Shown in pieces: positions 49,701-62,433 of a stretch of DNA of 64,000 bases; within the stretch, counting starts at the first letter, position 1; every line of letters begins with the position of its first letter. The stretch lies in assembly GCA_002633005.1 (NCBI GenBank), contig NMRA01000742.1, positions 106,281 to 170,280 of the forward strand, read 5' to 3'. The notes under the pieces were generated by a model. The model did no database searches. It saw nothing but the letters and a program-made list of their open reading frames with translations, and was not told where the DNA came from. Both the position numbers and the translations under genes were made by a program. The stretch is from Phoronis australis (lineage: Eukaryota > Animalia > Phoronida).

Positions 49701-52700
49701 ACTGTATGACTAACCTGTGATCAGGTGACAGGCACATGCCAATAATGTGACCATTGAGTTCTATCGTATAATCAGCACTGTCATAGTCCGTGACCGCTCG
49801 GTCCAGCATCTGCCTATTCTCCTCTACTGGAGGTAGACTCTCAGTGTTGCCACTCAGCCTCAGACCCATCTTTTGCGCAGCCTCTTTGTAGCGAATCTTC
49901 TTCACCCCGATCAAGTGGGGCGTATAGGTGTGAGCGCCCATGGTGAAAATCAAGTACTTGTCCCTTCTGTCCCACGCAGAACAAGGCACAACACCAGTTC
50001 CTGAATCTAGCACTGCATGAGCACCAGGCGGCACTGCCTGAGCACCAGGCATCACCTGAGCACCGGTTGGCATCTGAACACCAGGTGGTGCTTGAGCACT
50101 GGGTAGCAACTTAGCATTGGGCTGTGGTGAATCTGATACCGTTTCTGCAGTTCTTGGCAGCACTTGCTCACTTAATGATTTTTTAGCACTTAGATTTGAG
50201 CTCTCGTACAGCACTTGGTGCTGGTTCATATCCAACGAATGTCCGACGTCAAATTCAAACAATCCTTGTATGTCATCTAACTGCACCAACCAATCACCAG
50301 CTCCTCCTGCGTTGCGATATTGTTCATTGTACTCTATTGGTGCATTTAACTGCTCGTCCCGAACAACTGGGTGACCTCCATCACCTGATCGACCGGCAGC
50401 CACCCCATCACCTCCGACCTCTGACCCATGATCCCTGGCCTCATTATGGCCAACAAACTGAGGGTGGGCACCATCAAAACTAGCTGATGGTGAGGACAAC
50501 ATGTGGTGGCTGGAACACAGTTTACTCTCCTCTGGACACGGTGCGATCATAATAGTGCGAATAGAACTGGCATTCTTGTTAAGAAATTTGAAGATCCTCA
50601 TAACAACAGATTCATGCTCAGACTCCACATCTTGGTAAGCCTACAAGTGATGATAGATGTGAAGGGTGTGCAGGGGACATATAAGCTTTTTGAATTCAAA
50701 GTGAAATCTACACATATAACTCCCATTAAATCGATGTTAAAAAGAGTGTGAAAAAAACCCGGGACCAAGACCATGAACCTTTATCTAAGAATCGACTCTG
50801 AAATTGACAGATTGCGTCACAGGCTTTGAGTAATTTTTGAACTTCGCATGGCATGTTCGAGTTCTGAGTAAATGTTGGGGCCTCATATTCAGGAACTACG
50901 AAATTATAAGAGTGCATTTCTTAAAGAACTCAAGGTTTCTTCTTTTGTGCTACAGTTAATAAAACATATTTCGTGGAAAGTCTAAAAAACATCTACAACT
51001 GTACAATGAAGAACTGACAAAGCATACTCACTAAATCCAATCATTTCTATGACAGTATTGCTTTGAACATCAACACTTCATATTGAGATTGCTCTAAAAA
51101 TTATGCTTTTTCAAACTCTTTGAATTCTCACGTGTTTAAAATTTAAATTAAATTCAACATACTTGTTAAAAAAAATAATTTAAACTCAACAAGCAAAGAA
51201 AAGCTTATGAATTCCAGACACTGTTATGTACCATTCCCGATGTATTAAAGCCAAGAAAATTCCAACACTATGATTTGATCTAGAATCTAGTTCAAATAAA
51301 CTTGACTTGTAAGGAGATCAAAGCTTACAGTCACACAAAGGAATCAGCAGTTGAAAGTTAATCAAAATCTAGTTTCTCTGAAAGTCAACCGCTTGTCTCC
51401 GTTCACAGTTTTTTGGTGGTAAAATTCATAAAAAATTCTTCACGACATTTGTTGAACGTTGTTTGGAAATAGTAGTTTTTAAATATCGGTTAAAGTCAGG
51501 CACCCTGTTAACAACATAATTGCTGAATTGAGCTTGTCAAATGAATACAGACAATAAGAGAGCTGGACTACGTAAACATTGGTTTGCCAACTTTCTCCCC
51601 TTGCTATCACAGTCAAACTGATAATGACATGGCTATAACCCGAATTCCCGATCAGCGGAATCGGGAGACTCACCACACAGTGCCGGAGCATAACAAAATA
51701 GAATTCAAATATAATCTGACGAGTTTGGACTCGTTATTATTGAAAACAACTGAAAAAAAACAAACTCTTCAGAGATGTAGTGATGAAAACAATAATTTCC
51801 GTCAGCAAAAATGTTTTTGTTGCAAATCTTGCCTGACAACTTTCAGTGTCCAACATAAAATATCGAAATCAAGAGATTTTACAATAAACAAATCAATAAA
51901 TACCACTGCCTGTAATCCAGTGCCCATAGATTTACCTTATTCAGCCAGAGGGCGCTACAGGAAGACAGGTCACCGATCCAGTGCAAGTTGCCCGAAAGTA
52001 AATGTGTGTCATTATACCATGTGCCGAAAATGTCATATGGCTTGTTCATCACTCGACACTGAAGCTCAAAGTCACCTGAAACATACCAGCACTCCATTAG
52101 TTAGCTATTATAATCATAATTGTTCCTTGGGATGCTTTGGAACGAGTGAGAATACCTGCAGTAACAAAACAGCTGAGGTATCCAGAAGTTGTTGTCTTTG
52201 ATATCTGAGACCTGTTTAATGAAGAGACTTATAGCATTTGTATCTTGACTTCAGTCAAATGTTATAAGTATGAGTACAAATAACGAGAAGTTGATTGTAG
52301 GTCTTTATCGAAACATTTAGTTGAGCAAATTGCGGATTTGTGTCTTTGACTTCGATTTGAAGACACAATTTCTGACATTCAGTCTTAGCCTGTTTTCGTA
52401 AAATAGGCCAAGCCATCAGTAGGCTGATTCTTATCTGAAAGTAAAAAGACAAGGCAATAAACAAAAGTTACGTATAACCTTTACCTTGCACACTGAAGAC
52501 AGCAATTTCACCAGAGGTGCTGTTAGAGCCAAAGTGAACTCCAGAAACAAGCAGTAGAGTGTCCGTATCATTGAACTGTGAGAACTGTGTATACTTCCAT
52601 GTAAACTCTCTCATGTCTCGACTGTACTTAAGGTTAGCTGGATACGTAGAGGCCCACACCTGCAGTAACATTAGACAAAGGTAGAATTTGCCGAGGTCAC

Positions 52701-55700
52701 ATGACTGATGATATACTGTATGAAGAGTGGTATCAATAAAAGGGAAGAAAAATGCACTTACTGTTATTAAAATCTCTTGGTCTATTTACACTGACCTCTT
52801 GTCTATTTACACTGTCACGACGCTTTGGTCGGTCTATTCTCCAGCCATCGTCAGGTGTTCCCGCGTTCTTAGAAGAACGAGCATGGATATGTGGTACACT
52901 CATGGTGTGATTTTTTGTCCGAGGCAGGATTTGAACCCCATCACACCATGAGTGTACCAAATATCCGTGCTCGTTCTTCTAAGAATGCGGGAACACCTGA
53001 CGATGGCCGGAGAATAGACCGACCGAAACATAATGACAGTGTAAACAGACAAATAGACCAAGAGATTTTAATAATTATTAGTAACACGCCACCACCTCAG
53101 AGCGGTTTTAGAAAGTCACAAAAAAATGCACTTGAATGTAATGTCTTAGCTGTCTTAGCGCACAGGTCACAACAGAGGGGTCCCCTTGAGAAAAGCGAAC
53201 TTTAAGTTTTGGAAGCTGTTTTATGAAAGTGACTCAAGACAGAAATTTGGTATTACACTCCCACTTCAAAGATGCTGAAAAATAGTTTAGTTTAGTCACT
53301 ACAAGTGCATCACTGTCTAGATCTAATTTATCGAAATTATCCCAGTAACTAGCAGTTAGGTGTAAATTGTCAGAGACTTTGCACTTTTGCTCGCATGAGA
53401 TTTAATTATTTTTTAGAAATAGTTGTATGGAGTGTAAGACCAAATTTCTGAATTCTCATGTAACAGGTCTCACAGCTATACCGACAAGCTTCAGACAGAC
53501 TGTCATCTGCAGTATGAGGGGCAAATTGCAGTCAAAATGTATGATAACGAACCAGGTTATTTCGTTTGAAATAACAAGGTAAATCTTTCCATTACACTCA
53601 TATTTGCATACACACGTACACATGCAGCTCTTGTACGCACATAGCAACCCAACCTATTGATCTGTACAGAGATGTATTTGAAAGGCCTTGGGGGGCCACA
53701 AACTGCAAGTGCTTCCCAGACCTGACTTGCTATAAGCTGTTGTGGTAAAGTACAGTGCCAGCCAAAACTTTTCAGACAAAATGATCCAGAATTCCATTCC
53801 TTGCCACGCCTGCTGGGTGGATTAGGGATTTGAATTCATCTGAGGAGTCTTCTCTCATGATCAAGGATGAACGGGGAATAAACACGAAAATTAGTAACAT
53901 TGTTAAGCCAATCTGTAATTAGAATTTTGCTGGCACAATGGTTAATTTTGTTACCTTCATTTTGCTGTTAACACAGTTAACTGCCATGAGGAAAAATGGC
54001 ATTTTGTTAGATTACTTTTGTCTTGTACTGTAAAATTAATGTCATTGTTATGCAAAGACGTGTATTATGAGGCTGTTGTCTTCTCAAGTCAATATGCAAA
54101 ATTAATTAGACTGCTAACAGGATTATATGTAAGCTTGAACAGAAGACTGACTCTGGCCACAGTTGGAAGAGTGCATGCTTCTAAAGAAATGTTGAAATGC
54201 AGTGTGGTAAAAACTCACAAATTCCGGACAAAAATAATTGCCAAAATTGTTTTTACTCGTTTACCATATTTGCTACCAACATTATAAAGTATGCTTTCTA
54301 ATAAATTTTCAAAATAGTGTCCTGCGGTGGCTGTAATACAAAGTTTGAAAAATGAAAAACGTCCATTCGGTGCTACATATCTTTTATGAAAAATTAAGAA
54401 AATTTCATTTGTCCACCATAGTGTGTCCTAAGCTGGCGGATTTTAACCATTTAATAGTTCTTGAGTGTCTTCGGGTAAATACAGCTGCACAGATCCAAAC
54501 ACATTGTGGTCAACGCATACTTACCGAACTATAACTAACTGCACGGCAAACTGTGCCATGGCTCAATTCCTAGAATTGAGTCTTACAAGTTCTACTAACA
54601 GACGGAAGCATATTTCCACTGAGCTAAAACGTTGCTCATTGAAACAAGAACAGAACTCCTCAACATCCAACGGTAATCACCATTCAGTACAGAGCATTTG
54701 CTAATTAAATGTGGTGTGTTCATAATACAATTGAAACAGTGCACCAGATGTGAGCTACAAACTACCACATCAACTAGTGCCCCATCAGGCTGAGAACTAG
54801 ATTATTTTCTATTTGACTGAAAAATCTTAGATTAAGTGTTTTAGGAGCACGAAATAAAACCTTTGAGAACTACTAACTTATCCAATGACTTCCTAAAACT
54901 GGTGATGAGCTAACATCACTTCTTCAGTTTCGGTCTATTTACACCTACCTCAAGTGATTTATATTGGCACAATGTTCTGTATTACAGCAAATTTCCCCCA
55001 AAGTTAATGGACGAGTAAGTGGTCTAGTGGTTCAAACGCTGATGTACACCAGCAAAAGTACACTCCACAATGAGTGTAACAAGTACCAGTGCTTGACCTT
55101 CAAACACCTTTAGATGGAGAAATGAGGATCAAGATGTTATGTTAATGTAAACAGGCCAGAGGATGGTGTAAACAGACCAATAAAATCTACAATACGTAAT
55201 TCATCACGCTGTTTATGTAATCTCAGTGCTGCAGAAAATCAAATTCATTTCATGTGTAACTATACTCTATATAATGACTTTCAAATAATGAGTTTATTAT
55301 CAATTTTTGGGTTTTTTTCTGAACATAGATCAAGTAGATCAACCTCTTTCTGTTTTTACGCATAATTCATTTTTGAAACGCAGACGATGTTTACTTGATA
55401 GCAGTGCCATGCAAGCCCAAAAGGGATAAGTGTTATTTGTCAAATATTGGATAAATTGTTTACAGCACATAGATAAACAAATTCAATTCATATCCAATTC
55501 AGCCATCAGTTCAGATACCACAGTACGTCTCAGTAAGAAACAATTTCGGTGAACTGAGCAAAAACTAAAGGTATTGCCCATGGTAGATGCACTGAGAATT
55601 TAAAATATACATTATAATTTTGTAGAATTTCGTAGTGAAACAAGATATCATCCAAATTCAAAATTTCATAACCAAACCATTGTCAATTGGCAGGGTCACG

Positions 55701-57884
55701 CGTTACTTCGACCATTTTTCAGCAAAACCTGATATATGCCACATCAATGCATGCACCAAAACAACCTCTTTCCAAACTGCGACACACACAACTCGCATTC
55801 AAATTTGCTGGGTATCTTCATGCATATTTCTTACGACCACTGAGACATACAAAATTGCAAATGGTAATAGTACAAGCTAGTACTACAAGTATGTGCTTAA
55901 TTTGGTTCAAAAAGCCATAACACAAGCAGTAAGGAATATTGTACCTTAATTGTACCATCCTTTGAACTTGTGGCAAACATGTCACCCTTGTGTGAGAATG
56001 CAACATGAAGCACCTGTAATGACAAACATGGTCATCATTAAACAAGGCCAAGTATGGCAACTCTCCTATTCTTTTGCAAAAAAATAATTACTTATATTTC
56101 ACACAAAAGTCTGGAGGTAAAGGAAATATTGCGCTGCCTGCTATATACAGCACTCTCCTTACTTTAATTTTGAATCAAACTCAGTTATAAATGTAATTAA
56201 TAGAACTAGAAGACACTTCCTCCAAGTAATTGTGAAACAACAAAATTTAAATCAGCTTTACACAATTTGATAATAGCAGTGCCTCACTGACTTAAAATTT
56301 CAAAAATAGAGAACCTGCCATTAGATGGATCACGAAACAAGAATTTAAATCAGTGCTGAACGAAATTAGATGAGACACATTACGCCCACAATAAGGAACC
56401 GCAAAAAACTCAGTCATTAAAAGCTTTCTCCGAGTCTCGTAAAATTAGTCTCAAAATATTCCTTACCACAACAGGAATCTATTTCCACAACAGACTCAAG
56501 TCTCAGGCAATGCATACATGCCCCATTTTTCAAAATAGCAAGCAATTATATATTTAGTCAACAGCAATAAACTTTGAAGAGTTTTCTTAAGTCGCTGCTG
56601 GTCTGATGTTCTTGTTCCTAATGGAAACAGAATCCTACCACAATAAGGCATATTATGAGACTGGTTTTAAAAGAGCAAACTGCATTTTCATTATTAAACA
56701 GGGTGGAATGCAGCTTGAAGATAACAGAAATACCCTAGGAGGACACTTCTGCAAAGGAACTCTGAAGATAACAGAACTACCCTTGGACGACACTTCTGCA
56801 AAGGAACTCTGAAGATAATAGAACTACCCTAGGAGGACACTTCTGCAAAGGAACTCTGAAACCTTAATTCAGCTTTGGACAGTACTGGAAAACAATAAGG
56901 GGACATCAAACAAAATCTTAGTCAATACAAAATAGGACTGGGTGACATAGAAAATCATGAAATGCCAAGAGGATACCATGAAACAAGTGAATTTTGTCAG
57001 AAAGCTTGTCATAAGTTCTAAACACCTATAGAATATCTTTTACAATTCATTTGATATCACTGAAACGCGTGTAAACTTCATAAACCTGCTAATCAAGGTT
57101 TGAATTTCAGTGGTTGAGACTTGAAGAATAGAATACTAAAGTTATTGGAAACCCCACAATTTAAATTTTTTGATTTTTAAAAGTTGCCGCAAAAGTCTCA
57201 AATTTGCAGCATACGTTGTAATGAAGTTCTCCTCTTATTGAGCAAACGATATGGAGAAAAGCTGAGATTTTATGTCCATTGAATTTCTAAACAACCATAA
57301 AGATTAACAATTGAAACATTCATTCATAGTTACAGCCTTTACTGCGTAGATGTCATTAAATGACATTTGGTTTGAATTATTTGAAGAGTACTATAAGCCT
57401 TTGAAAAATAAAAAATAAAATTTATGATAAAAACTGTATGAGCTACTGAACAAACACAAACGAGAGAAATAAAAAAAGAAATATCGCGCAAACCATGCAG
57501 CCACGGCAAGAAAGTTGAAAAAATGCAATTCCATTCCTCCATCACATAGCGTACAAATGGAGGAATGTTTTCAATAAAAATAACCTGGTCAGTGTGAGCC
57601 GTCAAAACCTCACTTTCCACCATGGGAACATGATACTTTAGACGTTTGTGTTCCTCTAACCAAGACGTGCGTCCAGGAGCAAGAGGTACAGCCTTGTGGA
57701 GACGCCAGTGGCAGTGGAACACGTCCCTCCAGAGTAGTTGGTCTCTGGCTACCAGGAGCCACTGCTTGCACGACTGAGCGCACCGGAGAATGTCGTCTGG
57801 CTGGAGGTAACCAAAGATGATGAGGAGGACGGAGTCTGGCAACTGGAGCCAAAGGTCAGTCTCCATGGCAACTTCTTCCTGCAT
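46529..57884 (-). CDS. FBXW5: F-box/WD repeat-containing protein 5, 680 aa; whole-gene span
   Basis: Exons 57884-57585, 56013-55945, 52659-52485, 52075-51936, 50640-49715, 48271-48059 and 46748-46529 join in frame. N-terminal F-box (LPDSVLLIIFGYL) plus FBXW5-typical segments HTDQVLH.., YTQFSQFN.., HIIGMCLSPDHRYLYVN, HRAYTPNDECFFIFLDV and SGAED.HGYVWDRHY. Confidence 0.95.
47162..47278. repeat. Tandem repeat, 37 bp x 3, with an internal palindrome
   Basis: Unit CAATAGTTTACAAAACACCTGTAAACTAGACCTATT(T/A). Confidence 0.92.
48059..48271 (-). CDS. FBXW5: FBXW5 coding exon 6
   Basis: YLYVNCRTWP...ECFFIFLDVCNEYVA; tttcag/gtaagc. Confidence 0.95.
49715..50640 (-). CDS. FBXW5: FBXW5 coding exon 5 (926 nt, with low-complexity insert)
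   Basis: AYQDVESEHESVVMRIFKFLNKNAS...YLIFTMG...GHIIGMCLSPDHR; open frame throughout. Confidence 0.92.
51936..52075 (-). CDS. FBXW5: FBXW5 coding exon 4
   Basis: CRVMNKPYDIFGTWYNDTHLLSGNLHWIG...LWLNK. Confidence 0.95.
52485..52659 (-). CDS. FBXW5: FBXW5 coding exon 3
   Basis: VWAS...WKYTQFSQFNDTDTLLLVSGVHFG...SGEIAVFS. Confidence 0.95.
52764..53074. mobile_element. Fold-back / long inverted-repeat element
   Basis: Arms 52764-52911 and 52940-53074 are near-perfect reverse complements around a 28-nt spacer. Confidence 0.85.
55945..56013 (-). CDS. FBXW5: FBXW5 coding exon 2
   Basis: VLHVAFSHKGDMFATSSKDGTIK; ttacag/gtac; 69 nt, phase 0. Confidence 0.93.
56716..56860. repeat. Tandem repeat, 47 bp x 3
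   Basis: Unit TGAAGATAACAGAACTACCCTAGGAGGACACTTCTGCAAAGGAACTC. Confidence 0.92.
57585..57884 (-). CDS. FBXW5: FBXW5 coding exon 1 (F-box)
   Basis: MQEEVAMETDLWLQLPDSVLL...LTAHTDQ; upstream acceptor at 57895-57897 implies a 5' non-coding exon. Confidence 0.93.
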
Positions 57885-59170
57885 TTTAAGTTGACTGGAA
57901 AAGGGCAAGCATCATGATGAAAGTAAACAACTTATTAAATCTTTAAAAAGTCCAGTTTTATCAATATTTGGCATTATTTTATAATTACATAATATCCAGA
58001 TGGGCCAAGAAAACAATTTACATAATAAAGTCTAACATCCGCGATACTTTGTGATGTTATTGGTTTCGATTTCTATCAAAATGCACCCAAAACGTGATTT
58101 AGCCAATGCGAAATAAAATAGAATCCCACCACTCAAATGAGGGCTAGTCAAAACATGTACACAAAGAGATTACATCAAAAATATGCATTTACAGCAGTAC
58201 TGGGTGAACATACATGGATATAGGATTTCCTTTCTTTTATGTTTACTACAATACAAAGTAACCTGGAATTCCCTGTTACATCATCTGGCCAGAAACCACA
58301 TTCAATGCCAGAGTGGCTTTCCACTGTCATTTAGAATGAAGAATTAAGAGGAAAATTAGTGAGGTGCCTAGGCCATTCTGTAATAGGGCTGTCCCGAATT
58401 ACACAGGGCGACACTTGAATCTCGCTGTATTTACCCACAATGCCGTTAACATCCGACAGGCCCATTTGCTACCTCGTTTTCGTAGCAATGGAGTTGGCAT
58501 GTTATTTTTTGTTGTCTGCTTCTTTACAAGTTTTTCTCTGGAACAAAGGAGAGTTCTACCACCATGTAATACAGGATGGACCTATTACATGTACATATCT
58601 GCCCCCATAATAAGTTATTACAAATTATTTTTGCAGTTTAACTAATTAGCAATTACATGACAGTAGTTCCACGTCGAACAATAGATGGCCCTGTAGTTTG
58701 AAGTTTCTAACTCATGGCATTATGGGATTAAACATGCCTACGTTCAGTTTGCTGTTTTTGATCTTTTGTGTCGGTACACTATACCAATAATGATGGGGAA
58801 ATGGTATTTTGCCCGATTACATACATTTTTGTGAAGTACACTGGAGAGCCTGTCATGGACTAGTAGCACTAAGTCAAATGCATAAAATATTCAAGATTAC
58901 CAATTTCCCCCATTTCTTCACAGGACATCAAGGAAGGCCCTGTTTCAAAAATCCGCAAACCTGTCACAAAATAGCCAGTGAACAACAAGGTTAAGTAAAG
59001 TTTTTGTTTTCATTCACACCGGCAAACACACGTCCATTGATTCTAACTCCCAACAGGATGTTTACATATGTATGACTCTGAGTCTTCTGACCACCATTCA
59101 GGTCACCACAGCAAAACAAAATACTGTTTTCAAATTAGTATTATTTTGCTCAGGCACCCATGTTACATAC

Positions 59171-59400
59171 CATTCCGTGTCAAACCAAGAAATTTTCAAC
59201 GATCTGATCTACTATCACGTTTGATTTAACTTGACAAACAAGCCTATTGTGTTGGTACACAATTTTCTGTGGTAGTAAGGGTGTCCTGTCAGAGCTGAAC
59301 AACAAAGGAATCAGCAGGTGAAAGTTAAGTCCGTAATTTCTTCGAAACTCTGCCATTTTTCTCCGTTCGAAGATTTCTGGTGATAGTATCATAAAAAACA
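59171..59400 (-). promoter_or_regulatory. Putative FBXW5 5' non-coding exon and transcription start region
   Basis: gtatgt donor (reverse of 59165-59170), YY1-like AAAATGGC (reverse of about 59352-59359), and CpG density rises upstream. Inference only. Confidence 0.4.
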
Positions 59401-60372
59401 TTTTGGTTAGCGTCATGCGTGCTGTTTACAATATAATTAGATCACATAAGCTTATCACATGAATGCAGACAATTAGAGCCCTGGACTATGTAAACTTTGA
59501 TTAGCCAAATTTCTCCGCTGGCAGTCAAACGGCTGTAACCAGAGTTCCCAGGTTCCCGATCAGTGAAATTGGGAAGTTCACTCCACAGCGTGGTAGCATA
59601 ACGTGGAAAGAATATTATTTTTGTCTTTCCTAAGTTGAGATATTAAGATGATTTCGTAAACCGTGTGGTATGTAATTGCCGAGATTACCCAACCCGGGAA
59701 TCAAACCAGCGACCCCCACAAAACCGCCAAGCATACAAACCATTCCCTTTCAGATAATAGGAAATTGCCCGTTACCGAGTGGCTAACAGAGGCTCATCTG
59801 ATTCACCAGAAGCACATCTACAACATTCCCCCCTTCCAATAGAGCAGGCGCACCACTAGGAAGGTGAACACCAGGTTGTCTTGCATACAGGTCATCAACT
59901 CCTGGAACATTTACCATCACCACTATCATCATGCACACCATCCGAGGTCCACGGGGTAAGTGTCAGTGCTTCATAGGTAGATCATCAGTTTGCCAACTAC
60001 GTCATTTGTAGTCAGGAGTATGGCATCATATCACCTGGCGTGCGCAGTGTAAAAATGCTTATCGATTTTGGGAACTGAACGAGGGACTGCTCGAAGAAAA
60101 AGTTTGATAACCGTGACGGGAGTATTTCTTCGAGTTGGAAGGAATTAAATACATTGGCGACCTTCTAAGATGTTAGCCCTCTATGCGCAAAAGGTATCTA
60201 TAACGACGTGACTTTGATGTTTAATAATTTGCCGTAAAGCTTCCGGCGTTATGGAGCGCCAGCAGAGACGATGGTCGTTGACGTTGTCTAGGAGGCTCGT
60301 TAAACATATAATGGTTTCAACAGGACGGTCCATCGCCACTTTATACTAAATACAGTGTACAAGTAATATATC

Positions 60373-62433
60373 AGAAGAACGATCAGAACACTTGGCGAAC
60401 AAGCTCGACGGTGAATCTTTTTGGGTTTTGAATTTTTATCATAAAAATCAAGAAGGAAACTGGAAAATCGCATGCAACGTGGACCCAAGCCAAGGCCAAG
60501 GGCTTCGTACCTTACTCTTCTTATGCGTCAAACATCATCGTATCAAAATTCCGCTGCATAGTTCAAGCGTCACTTCAGTGAGTATTCTTTTCCGTCCAAG
60601 CTCAGTGGCATGAACAGTCCTGAAGTTTTATTGATCTTTACAAATTTCTGGTCTAACTACGAAACATAAAACAGCGCCACCTATGAAACTGACGGGAGCG
60701 CCGTCTATTGATGCAGTCGTGAGTTAAGTTGAGTCGTCAGTTAAGACTACATATGTTTAGAGTGAGTTAAGGGGTGTATGTTGGTTCATTCCCTTATTTG
60801 GTTTTCTGATGGCCAAATTTTCAGTTGTATTTTTATTGCTTTTTACGTTACATTTGAGACCCCTATTTTCGCGCAATTTGGAACATTCGGGTGCGAATAC
60901 GCCAATAAAAATGGGCCCCACACGCTCAAACTTCGAATCTACAGGGTCTCGTTCCTAGTGGTAAGAATCTCAACTTTTTATCTCTATCGGGTCTCGATAC
61001 TATCCCGCGGCTAGAGTTTCAACTTCTCAACTTTTTAGCTTTTACTTTAGCTTACAAATTTTTCGTTTACTTGACTTTGGGTACTAACTTAGGCGCCAAA
61101 CCTCGTGAGGGTACCATGGGCGCACCCAGCCCCACAATTTGGAGAATTGGGCAAAAAGATAGGCCTCAGTGAAAAAAAGTCTGAGTAAACCACACGTAAG
61201 TCCACAAAGGATACAGGAAATCGGCGCAGATGAACGATTGGTGATTGAGTCCTGAACCTAGTGGCCCCGTTTTTTTAGTCCTCGTTGATTTTCTTCAGTA
61301 AAAGCCTCCTTATATTTTAGGCTGTGTGCGCGCACATTCGTCGGTTATTCGCACTCTTCCAAAAAGCTTGGATATGACATTGACTGAGCTGCAGACTAGA
61401 CNAGAAGAACGATCAGAACACTTGGCGAACAAGCTCGACGGTGAATCTTTTTGGGTTTTGAATTTTTATCATAAAAATATCAAGAAGGAAACTGGAAAAT
61501 CGCATGCAACGTGGACCCAAGCCAAGGCCAAGGGCTTCGTACCTTACTCTTCTTATGCGTCAAACATCATCGTATCAAAATTCCGCTGCATAGTTCAAGC
61601 GTCACTTCAGTGAGTATCCTTTTCCGTCCAAGCTCAGTGGCATGAACAGTCCTGAAGTTTTATTGATCTTTACAAATTTCTGGTCCACAACTACGAAACA
61701 TAAAACAGCGCCACCTATGAAACTGTGACGGGAGCGCCGTCTATTGATGCAGTCGTGAGTTAAGTTGAGTCGTCAGTTAAGACTACATATGTTTAGAGTG
61801 AGTTAAGGGGTGTATGTTGGTTCATTACCTCTTTTCTGATGGCCAAATTTTCAGTTGTATTTTTATTGCTTTTTACGTTACATTTGAGACCCCTATTTTT
61901 GCGCAATTTGGAACATTCGGGTGCGAATACGCCAATAAAAATGGGCCCCACACGCTCAAACTTCGAATCTACAGGGTCTCGTTCCTAGTGGTAAGAATCT
62001 CAACTTTTTATCTCTATCGGGTCTCGATACTATCCCGCGGCTAGAGTTTCAACTTCTCAACTTTTTAGCTTTTACTTTAGCTTACAAATTTTTCGTTTAC
62101 TTGACTTTTGGTACTAACTTAGGCGCCAAACCTCGTGAGGGTACCATGGGCGCACCCAGCCCCACAATTTGGAGAATTAAGCAAAAAGATCCGCCTCAGT
62201 GAAAAAAAAGTGTGAGTAAACCACACGTAAGTCCACAAAGGATACAGGAAATCGGCGCAGATGCACGATTGGTGATTGAGTCCTGAACCTAGTGGCCCCG
62301 TTTTTTTTAGTCCTCGTTGATTTTCTCCAGTAAAAGCCTCCTTATATTTTAGGCTGTGTGCGCGCACATTCGTCGGTTATTCGCACTCTTCCAAAAAGCT
62401 TGGATATGACATTGACTGAGCTGCAGACTAGAC
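60373..62433. repeat. About 1.03-kb direct duplication (60373-61401 and 61403-62433) joined by a single N; each copy carries a MITE family A element (61115-61336, 62145-62368)
   Basis: Near-identical copies differing by small indels and SNPs; N at 61402 lies exactly at the junction, so this is probably an uncollapsed haplotype overlap. Confidence 0.85.

Noticed and set aside
51584-52201. 205-aa plus-strand ORF
   Set aside because: Antisense to FBXW5 exon 4 and intron, with no recognisable motifs and a non-ATG start.
52733-53205. Pair of similar ORFs on opposite strands (MVHSWCD...)
   Set aside because: A by-product of the inverted repeat.
60373-62433. Recent 1-kb tandem duplication as a biological event
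   Set aside because: The junction is a single N and the copies differ like alleles, so it is most likely an uncollapsed contig overlap. Read depth or long reads would decide.
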